DNA from: the human T2T-CHM13v2.0 reference genome, Homo sapiens
Length of the DNA: 64,000 nucleotides
Direction: 5' to 3' (one strand)
Assembly (NCBI RefSeq): GCF_009914755.1
Contig: NC_060929.1
Part shown: piece by piece, positions 1 to 15,709 of the stretch
How positions within the stretch are numbered: position 1 is the stretch's first letter
How the letters are laid out: each line of letters begins with the position of its first letter
Position numbers and translations under genes: made by a program
Notes under the pieces: generated by a model
Databases searched by the model: none
Told to the model about the DNA's origin: nothing
The model's input: the letters and a program-made list of their open reading frames with translations, nothing else

Positions 1-41
1 CTGCCATAATTCTCTCACTGACATAATTTTTGCACAGGTGG

Positions 42-535
42 TGTTAGGAATAACGCTCAAAATCCTAAGGAAATTGAACACTCGAACAAAGGATTCTTAG
101 CAAAGCAATTTTACTTTTGCGCAGAGGGGTGCCTCCTTGGCCGGTTGCCATGAGAACACACCTGAACAAAGGGGTACAAGAGCCTTTATTCCCAACGCAA
201 GTCCTGCCCTTGTACCCTTTCCCCATTGGCCGGGGGTGGGTCATACAATCTAAACTAATGCCAGCTGGCTAAACATTTGATGTTTTTAGATAGGGTGGGC
301 ACATAAAAGAAAGTGGAGGGAAAGGGGAAGGGGTATCTGTAATGAGCCAGAAAGTTACTCCTCTTTCCAAATAAGGAAAGGAATGTGAGCTGGTACTGAT
401 AACGCTTGGTACTGTCATGTGCCTGGGCATTTAACAAAGGCAAGAAGGAAAAAAGGAGAAAAATGGGGGATACTATGAATTAAAGAATAAAAGATTGATC
501 AGATTATTTGAAGAGAAACCTCATCATATCCCACA
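42..535 (-). mobile_element. Solo ERV1 LTR, LTR10-like (HERV-I group)
   Basis: TG...CA termini; 4-bp TSD GTGG (38-41, 536-539); minus-strand AATAAA near 185-190. Minus strand begins TGTGGGATATGATGAGGTTTCTCTTCAAA. Subfamily from memory. Confidence 0.7.
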
Positions 536-1021
536 GTGGTTTCAAAAATTTTAAAGAATATGACATAAAAATACTATTTCTATTTTAAATTCAAGGTGCT
601 CAAGAGTTCAACACATCCATTTCCTATGACCAACTCACTCAGTTTCTCATTATGTTGCAGTTGGATTTCTGAGATACCAGGATGAACCAGGTGAGCCTAT
701 GCAAAGCTTATTTGACACTGATACTTCCAGGACCCAGCACCTCTTATTAGCATAGTTGAAGCAACAGAGAGGACTTCAGATGTTGCCGCTAAGTTTTTAA
801 AATTATCTTTCATTGCTTATTGCTCTCTAAATTGTGGTTCCTTTAAAAATATAGCATTTTCAGATATAGCATTTCCTCTGGAAAGAATTAGGCATATTCC
901 ACCATTTCATTCCCATGCAAAAGGTTAAAACCAAGTATAGGCCCAGTTAGAGAGGGGAGGTTAGATAAATGTGTATTGGATGTTTTGTTCTTCTGTTACT
1001 TCCCCCTTTTACGTGTTTAAG

Positions 1022-1170
1022 ATGAAAGAGCACTGGCTTGGGTTCTGCAGACCTCATTTCAAGCCCTGGCTTCTGTGACTCCATATTTCTGTGCTTTGAA
1101 ATGTTGAGTAATGAACTGGCTTTCTATTTCCTTATCAATAAAATGGGGATAAAAGATCTATCCCACTAAC
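1022..1170 (+). mobile_element. MIR SINE relic
   Basis: Degenerate MIR core ttctatttccttatcaataaaatggggat preceded by a tRNA-like head. Confidence 0.6.
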
Positions 1171-1299
1171 TTTATACAGGTCTTGGAAATAAAAATAAAA
1201 ACTCTTGCAAAATGATCATGTGTTACATGCTGCCACATGCTGGTTCCATGCTGCTTAGGAGATACTTGGTGCCTCCTTCACCTTCTACACCTACTCCTT

Positions 1300-1612
1300 C
1301 TACACCTACTTCCTTCATACCTTTCTCCCCCATTCAGATTTTCCTCACTTTTCTCACCTCTCAAACCACTGAGCACAGACCAGCCTCCATCTTCAGGCTA
1401 TGCTAAAACTGTCCAGGCCAAGGTCACCAGTGACTTCTATGCTGTATCAATCTATTGGACATTTTCAGTCATTATCTTTTTAGACATCTCAACATAACTG
1501 ACCTCTTTCATTAAAGTCTCTTCGTTACGGTCTGCTCTTCATGCTCCCTGTTTTTTTTACCAGCCTTTCTGGCAGCTTCTTCTCAACCCTCTTTGCTGGC
1601 TTCTCTGTCTGT
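1300..1612 (+). mobile_element. L2 LINE fragment (RT region)
   Basis: ORF 1237..1497 ends KVTSDF...FSVIIFLDIS, resembling the L2 RT motif KVTNDL...FSVLILLDLS. Confidence 0.7.
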
Positions 1613-2093
1613 TAATTTATATGTTTTTAAGTTTCCCAAATGTTCTGTTTAAAAAAGAAATTAGTAGAGATATAAAGTTGTTTTTTTATGTAACCTTCCT
1701 TCATGCAGAAGAAGGTTCCTTTTTTTGTTTAACAGAGAAAATTCACAAGTATTTTATACTTTTTAAAAAAACAAAAATGTACATTTAAATATTACTTCCA
1801 AGACAACACATTATTATGCAAAACTAATGAGATTTGCAGAGATTCTAGAGGTTAAAGATTATTTTCATAGGACTTAACAATATGTGAAGTCCTAGTGTGT
1901 CTTACAAGAAGTTATGATGTAAAATAGAATCTGCTTTTCTGTAGCTACAAGAAAAGGTGGGAAATTTTCTACTTGTGTCACTAACATTTCTTGCACCAGC
2001 AATTACAGGCACCTATGGGTTGAAGACTAATGCTGGAATTCTGTCAGTTAGCTCAATAAACAAAAGAAGCATGACTAAAAACGTGGAACTTAA

Positions 2094-2450
<357 letters not shown>

Positions 2451-2498
2451 AACAAATAAAATGTTATCATTCAATGCATTGTATTTCTTTGGGCCAGA

Positions 2499-3088
2499 TC
2501 TCTAAATATTTCAGTCACTCTGTGCTCAGTACCAGACCCCCTACTACTGTTCTTTCTCTGTACCCCTTCTCAGATGATTCCATCAATTCCCGTGGCCTTA
2601 ATTAACTTTTCTTTGCAACTTACTTCCAGATTACACCTGTAACCTAACTTTTCTGGACTTCTGACAGGTATTCTACAGCTGATTGCTTGGCATCTCCTAT
2701 TAGAAGACTCACAAGCACCTCAAAATTACTATATCCGACACAGAACTCTTTAATTTTTGTGCCCTATCTCCTTTCTCTTTCCTTGTCATTGACATCTAAC
2801 TATGGCACCCTCATTCATCTACCAAGTTTTTCAAAGCAGAAATCTAAAAGTCACCTTTGATTTTTCTCTTTCCTTCATGTTCCTCCAAATTTACCCACTT
2901 CAAGTTTTATCGATTATCCTTCTAACTTATGTCTTCCTTAGATCATCTTTTCTTCAGCTCTGCAGCCATTACCCAAGTCCAGGCCATCATTGTCTCTTGC
3001 ATGGGCTATTGCAATAACCTTCAAACTGGCCTCTTCCTTTTGCCCTTGCCCTCATTCAATTCCTTTTTCCTATATCAGTCAACATGAT

Positions 3089-3091
<3 letters not shown>
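2499..3091 (+). mobile_element. L2 LINE fragment (continuation toward 3' end)
   Basis: Collinear with L2 after the 1300-1612 piece; stops abruptly at the Alu poly(T). Confidence 0.65.
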
Positions 3092-3641
<550 letters not shown>

Positions 3642-3643
3642 TT

Positions 3644-3661
3644 TGGTGCCATGACTTGGAT
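3644..3661 (+). promoter_or_regulatory. Primer binding site, tRNA-His
   Basis: tggtgccatgacttggat versus TGGTGCCGTGACTCGGAT; both mismatches are CpG transitions. Confidence 0.92.
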
Positions 3662-3784
3662 CGGGGGACCTCCCTTGGGAGATCAATCCCCTGTCCTCCT
3701 GCTCTTTGCTCCATGAGAAAGATCCACCTACGACCTCAGATCCTCAGACCAACCAGCCCAAGGAACATCTCACCAATTTTAAAT

Positions 3785-3793
3785 CGGGTAAGC
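3785..3793 (+). promoter_or_regulatory. HERV-H major splice donor
   Basis: CGG|GTAAGC about 145 nt downstream of the 5' LTR, the expected position. Confidence 0.7.
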
Positions 3794-4249
3794 GGCCTCT
3801 TTTTACTCTCTTCTCCAACCTCTCTCACTGTCCCTCAACCTCTTTCTCCTGAATTTCAGCACCACCCTTCAATATCTCCCTTCCCTTAATTTCAGTTCCT
3901 TTCCTTTTCTGGTAGAGACAGAGGAGACACATTTGATCCATGGACCCAAAACTCCGGCACCAGTCATGGACTCGGGAAGACAGTCTTCCCTTGGTGTTTA
4001 ATCACTGCAGGGATGCCTGCCTGATGATTCACCCACATTTCAGAGGTGTCTGATCACTGCAGGGATGCCTGCTGTGATCCTTCACCTTGGTGGCAAGCAC
4101 CACCTCCCCTGGGGGCAAGTACCCACCCCCTCCCGTGTCTCCACCCTCTCTTTTCTCTGGGCTTGCCTCTTCACTATAGGCAGCCTTCCACCCTCCATTC
4201 CTCCTTCTTCTCCCTTAGCCTGTGTTCTCAAGAACTTAAAACCTCTTCA

Positions 4250-5408
4250 ACTCTCCTGACCCAAAATCTAAATGCCATATTTTCTTCTGCAATACCACTT
4301 GACCCCAATACAAATTCGAAAATGGTTTCAAATAGCCAGAAAATGGCACTTTCAGTTTCTCTATCCTTCAAGATCTAGATCATTCTGGTCGTAAAATGGG
4401 CAAATGCTCTGAGGTGCCTGATGTCCAGGCATTCTTTTACACATCGGTCCCTCCCTAGTCTCTGCTCCCAATGCAACTCATCCCAGATCTTTCTTCTTTC
4501 TCTCCTGTCTGTTCCTTCAGTCTCCACCCCAAGCTCTGAGTCCTTTGAATCCTCCTTTTCTACAGACCCATCTGACCTCTCCCATCCTCCCCAGGCTGCT
4601 TCTTGCCAGGCCGAGCCAGGTCCTAATTCTTCCTCAGCCTCCACTCCCCCACCCTATAATCCCTCTATCACTCCCTTCCTCACACCCAGTCCAGCTTACA
4701 GTTTCATTCCACAACTAGCCCTCCCCCACCTGCCCAACAATTTCCTCTTAAAGAGGTGGCTGGAGCTGAAGGCTTAATCAAGGTTAATGCTCCTTTTTCT
4801 TTATCCTACCTCTCCCAAATCAGTTAGTGTTTAGGCTCTTTTTCATCAAATATAAAAACCCAGTCCAGTTCATGGCCCATTTGGCAACAACCCTTAGATG
4901 CTTTACTGCCCTAGACCCAGAGAGGCCAGAAGGCCATCTTATTCTCAATATACATTTTATTACCCAATCTGCTCCTGACATTACAAAAAGCTCCAAAAAT
5001 TAGATTCCAGCCCTCAAACCCCACAACAGGACTTAATTAACCTCACCTTGAAGGTGTACAATAATAGAGAAGAGTTGCAATTACTTGCCTGCCTCCGCTG
5101 TGAGACAAACCCCAGCCACATCTCCAGCATACAAGAACTTCAAAACGCCTAAACCACAGTGTCCAGGCATTCCTCCAGGACCTCCTCCCCCAGGATCTTG
5201 CCTCAAGTGCGGGAAATCTGGCCACTGGGCCAAGGAATGCCCGCAGCCTGGGATTCCTCCTAAGCCATGTCCCATCTGTGCAGGACCCCACTGGAAATCA
5301 GACTGTCCAGCTCACCCAGCAGCCACTCCCAGAGCCCCTGGAACTCTGGCCCAAAGCTCTCTGATTGACTCCTTCGCAGATCTTCTTAACTTAGCAGCTG
5401 AAAACTGA
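4250..5408 (+). pseudogene. gag: HERV-H gag remnant with nucleocapsid zinc knuckles
   Basis: ORF 5085..5408 contains [14 protein letters not shown] and [13 protein letters not shown]; PPPY late-domain motif in ORF 4421..4777; frameshifted. Start approximate. Confidence 0.88.
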
Positions 5409-5780
5409 CACTGGCCAATCGCCTTGGAAGCCTCCTGGACCATCGCAGATGCTTTGGGTAATTCTTACAGTGAAGGGTAAGTCCGTCCTCTTCTTAATCA
5501 ATATGGAGGCTGCCCACTCCACATTACCTTCTTTTTAAGGGCCTGTTTCCCTTGCCTCCATAACTATTGTGGGTATTGATGGCCAGGCTTCTAAACCTCT
5601 TAATACTCCCCCACTCTGGGGCCAACTTGGACAACATTCTTTTATGCAGTCTGTTATAGTTATCCCCACCTGCCCAGTTCCCTTATTAGGCCAATACATT
5701 TTAACCAAATTATCTGCTTCTCTGACCATTCCTGGACTACAGCCACATCTCATTGCCACCTTTCTTCCCAACCCAAAGCC
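5409..5780 (+). pseudogene. pro: HERV-H protease remnant
   Basis: LINMEA where the catalytic DTG motif should be (about 5494-5511); GIDGQ and CPVPLLG motifs in ORF 5569..5934. Confidence 0.8.
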
Positions 5781-7985
5781 TCCTTCACATCTTCCTCTTG
5801 TATCCCCCCACCTTAACCCACAGGTATGGGACACCTCTACTCCCTCCCTGGCAACTGATCACACACCCATTACTATCCCATTAAAACCTAATCACCCTTA
5901 CCCAGCTCAACGCCAGTATCCCATCCCACAATAGGCTTTAAGGGGACTGAAGCTTGTTATCACTTGCCTGCTACAGCATGGCCTTTTAAAGCCTATAAAC
6001 TCTCCTTACAATTCCCCCATTTTACCTGTCCAAAAACCGGACAAGTCTTACAGGTTAGTTCAGGATCTGCGCTTTATCAACCAAATTGTCTTGCCTATCC
6101 ACCCCGTGGTGCCAAACTCATATACTCTCCTGTCCTCAATCCCTCCCTCCACAACCCACTATTCTGTTCTGGATCTCAAAGATGCTTTCTTTACTATTCC
6201 TTTACACCCTTCATCCCAGCCTTTCTTCGCTTTCACTTGGACTGGCCCTGACACCCACCAGTCTTAGCAGCTTACCTCGGCTTACTATCGCAAGGCTTCA
6301 TGGACAGCCCCCATTACCTCAGTCAAGCCCTTTCTCATGATTTACTTTCTTTCCAACCATCTACTTCTCACCTTAATGAATATTTTGATAACCTTCTACT
6401 TTATACCCCTCCTACAAATCTTCCCAACAGGACACCCTCCTGCTCATCCAACACCTATTCGCGCATCCCCCTCCAAAGCCCAAATTTCTTCCTCATCCAT
6501 TATCTATCTCGACATAATTCTTCATGAAAACACATGTGCTCTCCCTGCTGATTGTGTCTGGCTAATCTCACAAACCCCAACCCCTTCTACAAAGCAACAA
6601 CTCCTTTCCTTCCTAGGCATGGTTAGGTACTTTTGCCTTTGGATACCTGGTATTGCCATCCTAACTAAACCATTCATTCTCCCCATTTCCCCATATTTCC
6701 CTCTTTCCTGTTCCCCACCCAGACCACACTTAGTTTATTGATGACAGTTCTTCCAGGCCCAATCACCAATCACTGGCAAAGGCAGGCTATGTTATAGTGT
6801 CTTCCACATCTATCATTGAGGCTACCACTCTGCCCCACTCCACTGCCTCTCAGAAAGCCAAACTCATTGCCTTAACTCGAGCCCTCACTCTTGCAAAAAG
6901 ACTGCATGTCAATATTTATGCTGATTCTAAATATGCCTTCCATCTCCTGCACCACCATGCTGTTTATATAGACTAAAAGAGGTTTCCTCACTACACAAGG
7001 TCCTCCATCATTAATGCCCCCTTAATAAAAAAAACTCTTCTTAAAGCTGCTCTACTCCCAAAAAAGCTAAGGTCATTCACTGCAAAGGCCATCAAAAGGC
7101 ATCAGACCCCACTGCTCAAGGCAACAATTATGCTGATAAGACAGCTAAAGAAGCAGCCAGGATTCCTACTTCTGTCCCTCATGGCCAGTTTTTCTCCTAC
7201 TCATCAGTCACTCCTATTTACTCTCCCACTGAAGTTTCCACCTATCAGTCCCTCCCCACTCAAGGCAGATGATTTTTAGACCAAAAAAAAATCCCCTTCC
7301 AGCCTCACAGGCCCATGCTATTCTGTCGTCATTTCATAACCCCTTCCATGTAAGTTACAAGCCGCTAGCCCGCCTCTTAAAACCTCTCATTTCCTTTCCA
7401 TGGTAAAAATCTATCCTCAAAAAAATCACTTCTCAGTGTTCCATCTGCTATTCTACTACTCCTCAGGGATTTCTCAGGCCCCCTCCCTTCCCTACACATT
7501 AAGCTTGAGGAGTTGCCCCTGCCCAGGACTGGCAAATTGACTTTACTCACATGCCCCGAGTCAGGAAACTAAAATACCTCTTGGTCTGGAAAGACACTTT
7601 CACTGGATAGGTAGAGGCCTTTCCCACAGGGTCTGAGAAGGCCACCATGGTCATTTCTTTCCTTCTGTCAGACATAATTCATCTTCTTGCTCAGCCCCAA
7701 CCTCGTCCCAGACACCAGCCCTCTAAGCGACTCTCTTCCAGTCCTCCAGCAGGCTAGACAGGAAATTCGCCAAGCTGCTAATCTTTTCTTGCCTACTCCA
7801 GATTCCCAGCCATATGAAGACACCCTAGCTAGACAATCAGTTCTTATTAAGAATCTCACACCTCAAACTCTACAGCCTCGATGGACCAGATGCTACTTAG
7901 TCATCTATAGTACCCCAAATGCCATCCACCTGCAGGACCCTCCCCATTAGGTTCACAACTCCAGAATAAAGCATGTCCATCGGAC
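5781..7985 (+). pseudogene. pol: HERV-H pol remnant (RT, RNase H, partial integrase)
   Basis: YRLVQDLR (about 6048), LDLKDAFF (about 6169), YFDN at the YXDD site (6381-6392), HCKGHQ (about 7078), DWQIDFTHMP (about 7527). Multiple stops and deletions near 6670 and 7680. Confidence 0.9.
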
Positions 7986-8079
7986 AGCCAGCCTGATCTC
8001 TCTTCTTCCTCCTGGAAGTCGCAGATACTCTCCCCTACTTCCCCTAAACTCACTCGCATTTCTGAAGAGCAGTAATAAC

Positions 8080-9000
8080 CCTTATGAGCCTAATACATCC
8101 CTTCATTCTATTAGGTCTTAGTCCTTACCCTACTTTTTGCAACAGGGCTTTACGCAATCACCCCCACTACTTGGACTGCACACCAAAAAATTTGTCATCC
8201 CTCCTATCTTCTGTCTAGTCATACTCCTATTCACCATTCTCAACTAGTCATAAATGCCCTGCCCCTGTTTACATTGCTGGTTTACACATTTCCTCCAAAC
8301 CATCGTAGAGGATATCTCCTGGTACTATCCTCAATCCACCACTCTTGACTCCCTCTTGGAGTGGATAGATGATCTTTGCTGACAGGGCACTCTCCAATAC
8401 TTTGACCCTGATGAAGTCCTATTCTTTTCTTTTATACTCACTCTTATTCTCCACCCTTTACCTCTCCCCGGCTATCTCCACCACACTATCAATCTCACTC
8501 ACTCTCTCCTAGCCATTTCTAATCCTTCTTTAACAAACAGTTGCTGGCTTTGCATTTCGCTTTCCTCCAAAACCGCTGAGGCCTCGACTTACTCAATGCT
8601 GAAAAAGAAAGACTCCGTATATTTTTAAATGAAGAGTGTTGTTTTTACCTAAATCAACCTGGCCTGGTATATGACAACATAAAAAAAAAAAAAAAAAACT
8701 CAAGGATAGAGCCCAAAAACTCACCAACCAAGCAAGTAATTATGCTGAACCCCTTTGGGCACTCTCTAATTGAATGTCCTGGGTCCTCCCAATTCTTAGT
8801 CCTTTAATACCTGTTTTTCTCCTTCTCTTATTCGGACCTTGTGTCTTCTGTTTAGTTTCTCAATTCATATAAAACCACATCCAGGCCATCACCAATCATT
8901 CTATGACAAATGCTCCTTCTAACAACCCCACAATATCACCCCTTACCCAAAAATCTTTCTTCAGTTTAATCTCTCCCACTCTAGGTTCCCAGGCCACCTC
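8080..9000 (+). pseudogene. env: HERV-H env remnant (heavily deleted)
   Basis: TM-like RGLDLL..AEK and EECCFY (about 8580-8648) followed by a hydrophobic membrane-anchor-like stretch; most of SU is missing. Confidence 0.75.
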
Positions 9001-9130
9001 TAATCCTGCTCAAAGCAGCCCTGAGAAACATCACCCATTATCTCTTCATACCACCCCCAAAATTTTTTGCCGCCCCAACACTTCACCACTATTTTGTTTT
9101 ATTTTTCTTATTAATATAAGAAGACAGGGA

Positions 9131-9493
9131 TGTCAGGCCTCTGAGCCCAAACCCGCACGTACACATCCAGATGGCCTAAGGCAACTGAAGAATCACAAAA
9201 GAAGTGAAAATGGTCGGTTCCTGCCTTAACTGATGACATTATCTTGTGAAATTCCTTCTCCTGGACAATGAGTCTCAGAAGCTCCTCTCCGATCACCTTG
9301 TGAACTCCGCCCCTGCCCGCCAGAGAACAACCCCTTTGACTGTAATTTTCCACTACCTACACAAATCCTATAAAACTGCCCCACCCCATCTCCCTTCGCT
9401 GACTCTCTTTTCAGACTCAGCCCACCTGCACCCAGGTGATTAAAAAGCTTTATTGCTCACACAAAGCCTGTTGACACATGGACGCGCATGACA
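9131..9493 (+). promoter_or_regulatory. HERV-H 3' LTR preceded by polypurine tract
   Basis: PPT aagaagacaggga at 9118-9130; tgtcaggcc...catgaca; short U5 deletion; roughly 8% divergent from the 5' LTR by eye. Confidence 0.93.
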
Positions 9494-9626
9494 CATGCCC
9501 AGCTGATTTTTGTATTTTTAGTACAGATGGGATTTCACCATATTGGTCAGGCTGGTCTTGAACTTCTGACCTCAGGTGATCCACCCAAAGTGATGGTATT
9601 ACAGGCATTAGCCACCATGTCCAGCC
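9494..9626 (-). mobile_element. AluS 5' part (remainder of the HERV-H target Alu)
   Basis: Resumes the Alu consensus where 3267 stops; AluS-type ctgacctcaggtgatcc; CpG-depleted with a small internal deletion. Confidence 0.88.
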
Positions 9627-10489
9627 CAGAGTAAACATTTAATATGTCATTTTATCATTCTCCCATCCCCCCCAAAATAAAAGTAATAAATGAGAAAGTT
9701 ATACACAAGAGCACAAGTGACCTGTTTAAGACTACAGATAATTAGGAGCAGAAAGGAGAGCAAAACCCACTAGCAGACCTCCCATTTAATGCTGCAGCAA
9801 ACTCATGGTTCATAAACACCTGGTTGATCTGCTTTTCTGGAAATGAATATACTCACTTAGGTAGATAACAGTAATCATATTCCCATCAAAGTTAACATTA
9901 ATTATTGTCAATAAATTGGAAAGACAGTTACAATGAATTTATATAAATTCTTTGAGGCATGGAATTATTTTTCCTATCTTCAGGAAAGCTTATATAAATA
10001 ATTTTTATATAAGGCAGAAAGACAGCTGGCATAAGGGAAATTTGGTAGCTGGGAGAGATGTAATATATTAATAGACAGGTTTTATATAAGGTACTTTTTA
10101 TATGAGGTACCATACTGGTACATCTTTTAGGAAAAAAAGATTTTAAATTATAAGTTTATATTTTATAGTTATCTTTTATCAGTAAAAGTATACTAATCAC
10201 AAACATTCCAGATTTGAATTGCTTTTTAATAATTCATACAATGTACAACCCTATCAGACTTCAATGGGTGCATAAAATACTCTAAATTTGAGTTATTTTC
10301 TCATATTTTATGTACTAGCTTGTCTTAATCAAATTCATTTATTTTCTGGACCATGTACACCTTTGGGTTCTCCTCAAACCTAGAGTTGTGTCTAGAAAAT
10401 ATTAAGGTATTATCATTAAGCCCACATAAGCAGATGGGAAAGCTTTATCATAGGATGGCATCTATCTATCATTAATTGGTCTTCTGCTA

Positions 10490-10700
10490 TGAGGCTGGTG
10501 CTGTACTGAGTGCTTTACACTTAGATAGTAAGAATATAAAGCACTTAGTACTTAGGCTTTATAGTAGCCCTTTGATGTAGGGACTATTACACCCATTTCA
10601 CAGATGAAGTAACAGAGAAATAAGTAACTCACCTAATCTATTATGTGAAGTCAGGGGTGAAAACCCAGGTCCCTTTGACCCCAAAGACCAAATTATTAAC
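10490..10700 (-). mobile_element. MIR relic
   Basis: cccatttcacagatgaag core in reverse orientation. Confidence 0.6.
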
Positions 10701-11910
10701 AACCAAATGATATGTGCTCTGTTGGGCCAAGAATCAATGCATATTGCATGTCTCTCATGGCCATTTTGATCATGATAACCTGGACACCGATTGGTTTTTC
10801 TGAAGCAACTTGAGACTTAATAGAAGCCTCACCTCTCATCCTAGAGAAGCCACAAACTAGAGGCGATCTAAGTCAAGTAAATTGGTGCCACACTTGTCCA
10901 TATACCTTGAATTGAACCAGATATGGCATGCAGGAAGTTGAGAAGGGATGCTGTTTACTCTTACTGTCCTCTCTGAATTCATCCACATGAGCTAGGGTGA
11001 GCAACTATGCTGTTACACCCAGGATCATCTCAGTTTTACCACTGAAAGTCCTGAATCCAAGGAAACCTGTCTATTGGTGTGTTACCTCTCTCCCAGCTAC
11101 CAAATTTACTTTATGCCAGCTGCCTTTCTGCATCCTAAATGTCGATTTTTTTTAAGGAAACATTAAGACTTTACTATATGATAAGCACCATACTAGGTAC
11201 AAAGGATATCAAGGCCAAAAACAAAAAAAAATCCAAATTTTCCCACAGGTACTATCTGCCTGCCTGCTATAACATTCTTTCAAACAAATATCCATCCTTT
11301 CAAAAACTAGCCAAGATTAAGACCTGCCACCTGCCACTATACTCTATAAATACGAGGTCCCATCTGCCTGGTTCTTCCTCTGGTTGCCCCAGCAACTGCC
11401 TTATGTCCAATTGCCATTCCCACATGGTCTAGTCTAGTCACCCACTGGTCAAACTCATCCTACACTGACCATGGTTTCAGTACCCCTTTTTGGGATATAT
11501 TCATCATTTCTTATTTCAGCATGAAATGTTTTGGATGACTTTAGGTTATGTAATCATTTTCTTTATAACGCTGATGGGTCCTTGATCCTCATTATTCTGA
11601 GATGAATTAAATTTTAAAATGGTTTCCCACAAATTGATATAGGCACTGCTTATGAAAGAGAGCAAGAATGTTTGAAAAGAAAAAATGAAAATGGATTCAA
11701 AAAAAGAAGCCACATGTCTAACTAGCCCACCTCACTAAGGGAGAAGCTGGAAGTGGCTAAAGGCAAAGAACATGCCTCAGGGCTGTTGAGTTAATGGTGT
11801 CAGTGATTTCCCAAACTCTAGACTATGGATCCTCAAGTAAAACACCAGAAGAATAGTTGTCAGATCTCCCTTCTAAAAGACAACTGCGCTTTCTAGAAAT
11901 CTGGTTTTGC

Positions 11911-12209
11911 AGCCAAGTGCAGTGTCTCACACTTGTAATCCCAGCACCTTGGGAGGTGAAAGCAGGAGGATCACTTGAGCCCAGGAGTTCGAAACCAGCC
12001 TGGGCAATGTGGTGAAATCCTGTCTCTACAAAAGAAAGAAAGCAAAAATTAGCCAGGCGTGGTGGCATGCTCCTGTAATCCCAGCTACTCTAGAGGCTGG
12101 AATGGGAGGATGGATTGAGCCCAGGAGGTCAAGGCTACAGTCAGCTGTGATCACACCACTGCATTCCAGCCTGTGTGACAGAACAAGACCCAGTCTCAAA
12201 AATAAAAAA
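11911..12209 (+). mobile_element. AluJ
   Basis: Diverged dimer with J-type gagcccaggagttc and gaggtcaaggct. Confidence 0.9.
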
Positions 12210-12344
12210 GAAATATCATTTATCCTTTCTCAGTATTTTTGTCTATGCTTGTGCAGTTTCTCCTACTTAATGCCACATTCAGGTTGAACATTGAGGCCCT
12301 TCTACGTACTTCCTATAACTTCTTTTCATAAAAATATATTGATG

Positions 12345-12684
<340 letters not shown>

Positions 12685-12796
12685 TTATTACCTCTGCTAC
12701 CTTGATGAAGTCACAGCATCTTTTGGACCCCACTTTCTATAAAATGAATGGATGGATAATATCCTAATATAATGAGTAACAATTATTGACTGATGT

Positions 12797-13585
<789 letters not shown>

Positions 13586-13771
13586 GGTGCTACACATTTT
13601 TTAAATAGCCAGGTCTCTGGAGAACTCACTCACTATCACAAGGACAGCACCAAGCCTTTCGTGAGGAATCCACCCCCATGCCTCTAACACCTCCCATCCC
13701 GCCCTACCTCCAGCACTGGGGATTACATTTCAACATGAGATTTAGGAGGACTAAATACCCAAACTACATCA
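13586..13771 (-). mobile_element. MST-type MaLR LTR, 5' half only
   Basis: gagaactcactcactatcacaaggacagcacc...catgagattt...aaactacatca. Confidence 0.75.
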
Positions 13772-14145
13772 TCTACTAAGGGGTCAAAAACAAACACAAC
13801 AAAATAAAGAACTACCTTCATTAAAGCCCTCAAACAGTAAGCCCATCTCATTCCATGGTACATTATGAAGTCACATCTTGTCCCATCAGCTTTCCCCTAC
13901 TTTGTCAAAATAAAAAAAAAACTTCAGTGGATTGAGGGTATGATTGCAGTTTTCTCCTGTACTGCCCACTTATTACTGCCTAGACACTAGACAGCATTTA
14001 GAGCTGGCCCTAGTTTCTTCACTCCTTTCAGATGGAGTCATCCCCTGTAGCTCCAAGAGGCAAGAGTAAGGGTTTAGTATAAGCAATCGGACCCAGTCCT
14101 GCTCCTCAGGCCATGAAAGTGTGTATATCCAATGGAACTCTTAGA

Positions 14146-14614
14146 GTACTAGTTTCCTATCGCTGTTATTTTTAAAAAAATTACAAACTCAGCAGCTTAA
14201 AATAACACAAATTTATTCTCTTATACTTTGGAGACCAGAGGTCAACACGTGTTTTAAGGGGCTAAAATCAGGATGTTGGCAAGGCTATCCTTACAAAGGC
14301 TCCAGAGGCACATCTGTTTCCTGCCTCTTCCAGCTTCTAACAGCTGCAGCATTCCTGAACTCCTGGCAGCATTGCTTCAATATCCACTTCCATGATCACA
14401 CAGCCTTCTCCTGTCTTTGACCTTCTTGCCTGCCTCTTATAAGGGCCATTAGGGTTATCTTCAAGGTCCACTGAATGATGTAGGATAATTCCAACTTACG
14501 ACTCTTAACCACATTCTGCAAACTTTCTGCAACATCTGCAACATTTGCGATACTCATGGGTTCCAGGGACTAGGATGTAGACATCCTTGGAGAACCCTAA
14601 TTCAGTCTACTATC
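14146..14614 (-). mobile_element. MLT1-type MaLR solo LTR
   Basis: aaactcagcagcttaaaataacacaaatttattctc; ttccagcttct; attcagtctactatca. Confidence 0.7.
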
Positions 14615-14839
14615 ATGAGGACGGCCAGATTCCCACTGGACACTTGGTTGGAGATGAGTATTTAAAATATAGATCTAAAAATAATAAGCTAGACAGTTTT
14701 CTAGGTGGAGGGGAACAGGTATGTTTGAAAAACAGACATGCATTGTCATTTGTAGGAACAAGCAAATTTGCAACACGGTGCAATTAAGCCAAACACAAGA
14801 AAACCAGGCCTGAAATCAGGAAAAAAAAAAAAAAATAGG

Positions 14840-15030
14840 CTATAGTCCTCGTTCTGCCACTAACCAGCTCTGTGAGAGCTTATATGAATTATTCAACCTC
14901 TCTAAACCTGCTATACTGTCTATAAAGTGAGAGACTTGCTCTCCTGATAGTGCTATTTTGAATACAGAAATAAAATTCATGTAAAACAACTAAGCCCAAT
15001 GCTTGGAATATAATAACCTATAAATGTTAA
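14840..15030 (+). mobile_element. MIR relic
   Basis: ctgccactaaccagctctgtga...aacctctct...gtaaaacaactaag. Confidence 0.55.
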
Positions 15031-15709
15031 CCATTTATATGATAGTAATGATAATAATAATAATAATTTCTGATTGTTCAACTTGTGAAATAAGTAACAA
15101 TATTGGCCAGGGAGGTTTGAAATTTCTTAGGTTTTTGTTGTTTTGTTTTTAGTTTTGTTTTTAAAGCAAGACTAGAAAACTATTTTTCTCAGAGACTGCC
15201 ATAATTTTTGGAAGTAAAAGAGATCATTTTTGCCTGAGGTCTATCTCTAGCAAACAAGAAGAAATTATTGATCCCCAACTTGTTATGCAACCCTGCACTC
15301 TTCATAGCAGGAGCTTAAAAGGACTAAGATGTGTTTTCCATCCTCAGGAGCCTTGCACTATGGTTAATATTGACGAAGCCAACTTATTTAAAACACAGAG
15401 CAAAATGACAGACAAGATCGAGTTGAGTCTAAATTATATAGAATGGTTTATAAGTGCAATAAAATTCCAGGAGAAAAACTGATTCACATGGGCTAAAGGA
15501 GTCAGGCAAGAGCACAGGCATAAACTAGAACTTGAAGAATGAATAATATTTAGATATACAGGAAGAGGGTAGTGGGAGCCTTAGAAACTGGGATGGGCAG
15601 AGGCAAAGGCTAGTGGCCAAAGACAGTAATCATATTAGCCTGGCACCACGCATGGGTATGTCAGAGACCAAAGAAAGAGACAAGTGCTAGAATTTAAAAG
15701 AAAAAAAAT

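Noticed and set aside
410-435. p53 response element in the LTR10-like LTR
   Set aside because: tgtcatgtgcctgggcattt departs from RRRCWWGYYY x2, including a broken second core.
5085-7950. HERV-H ORFs as functional Gag/Pol
   Set aside because: Fragmented by stops and frameshifts; protease and RT catalytic motifs are altered (INMEA, YFDN).
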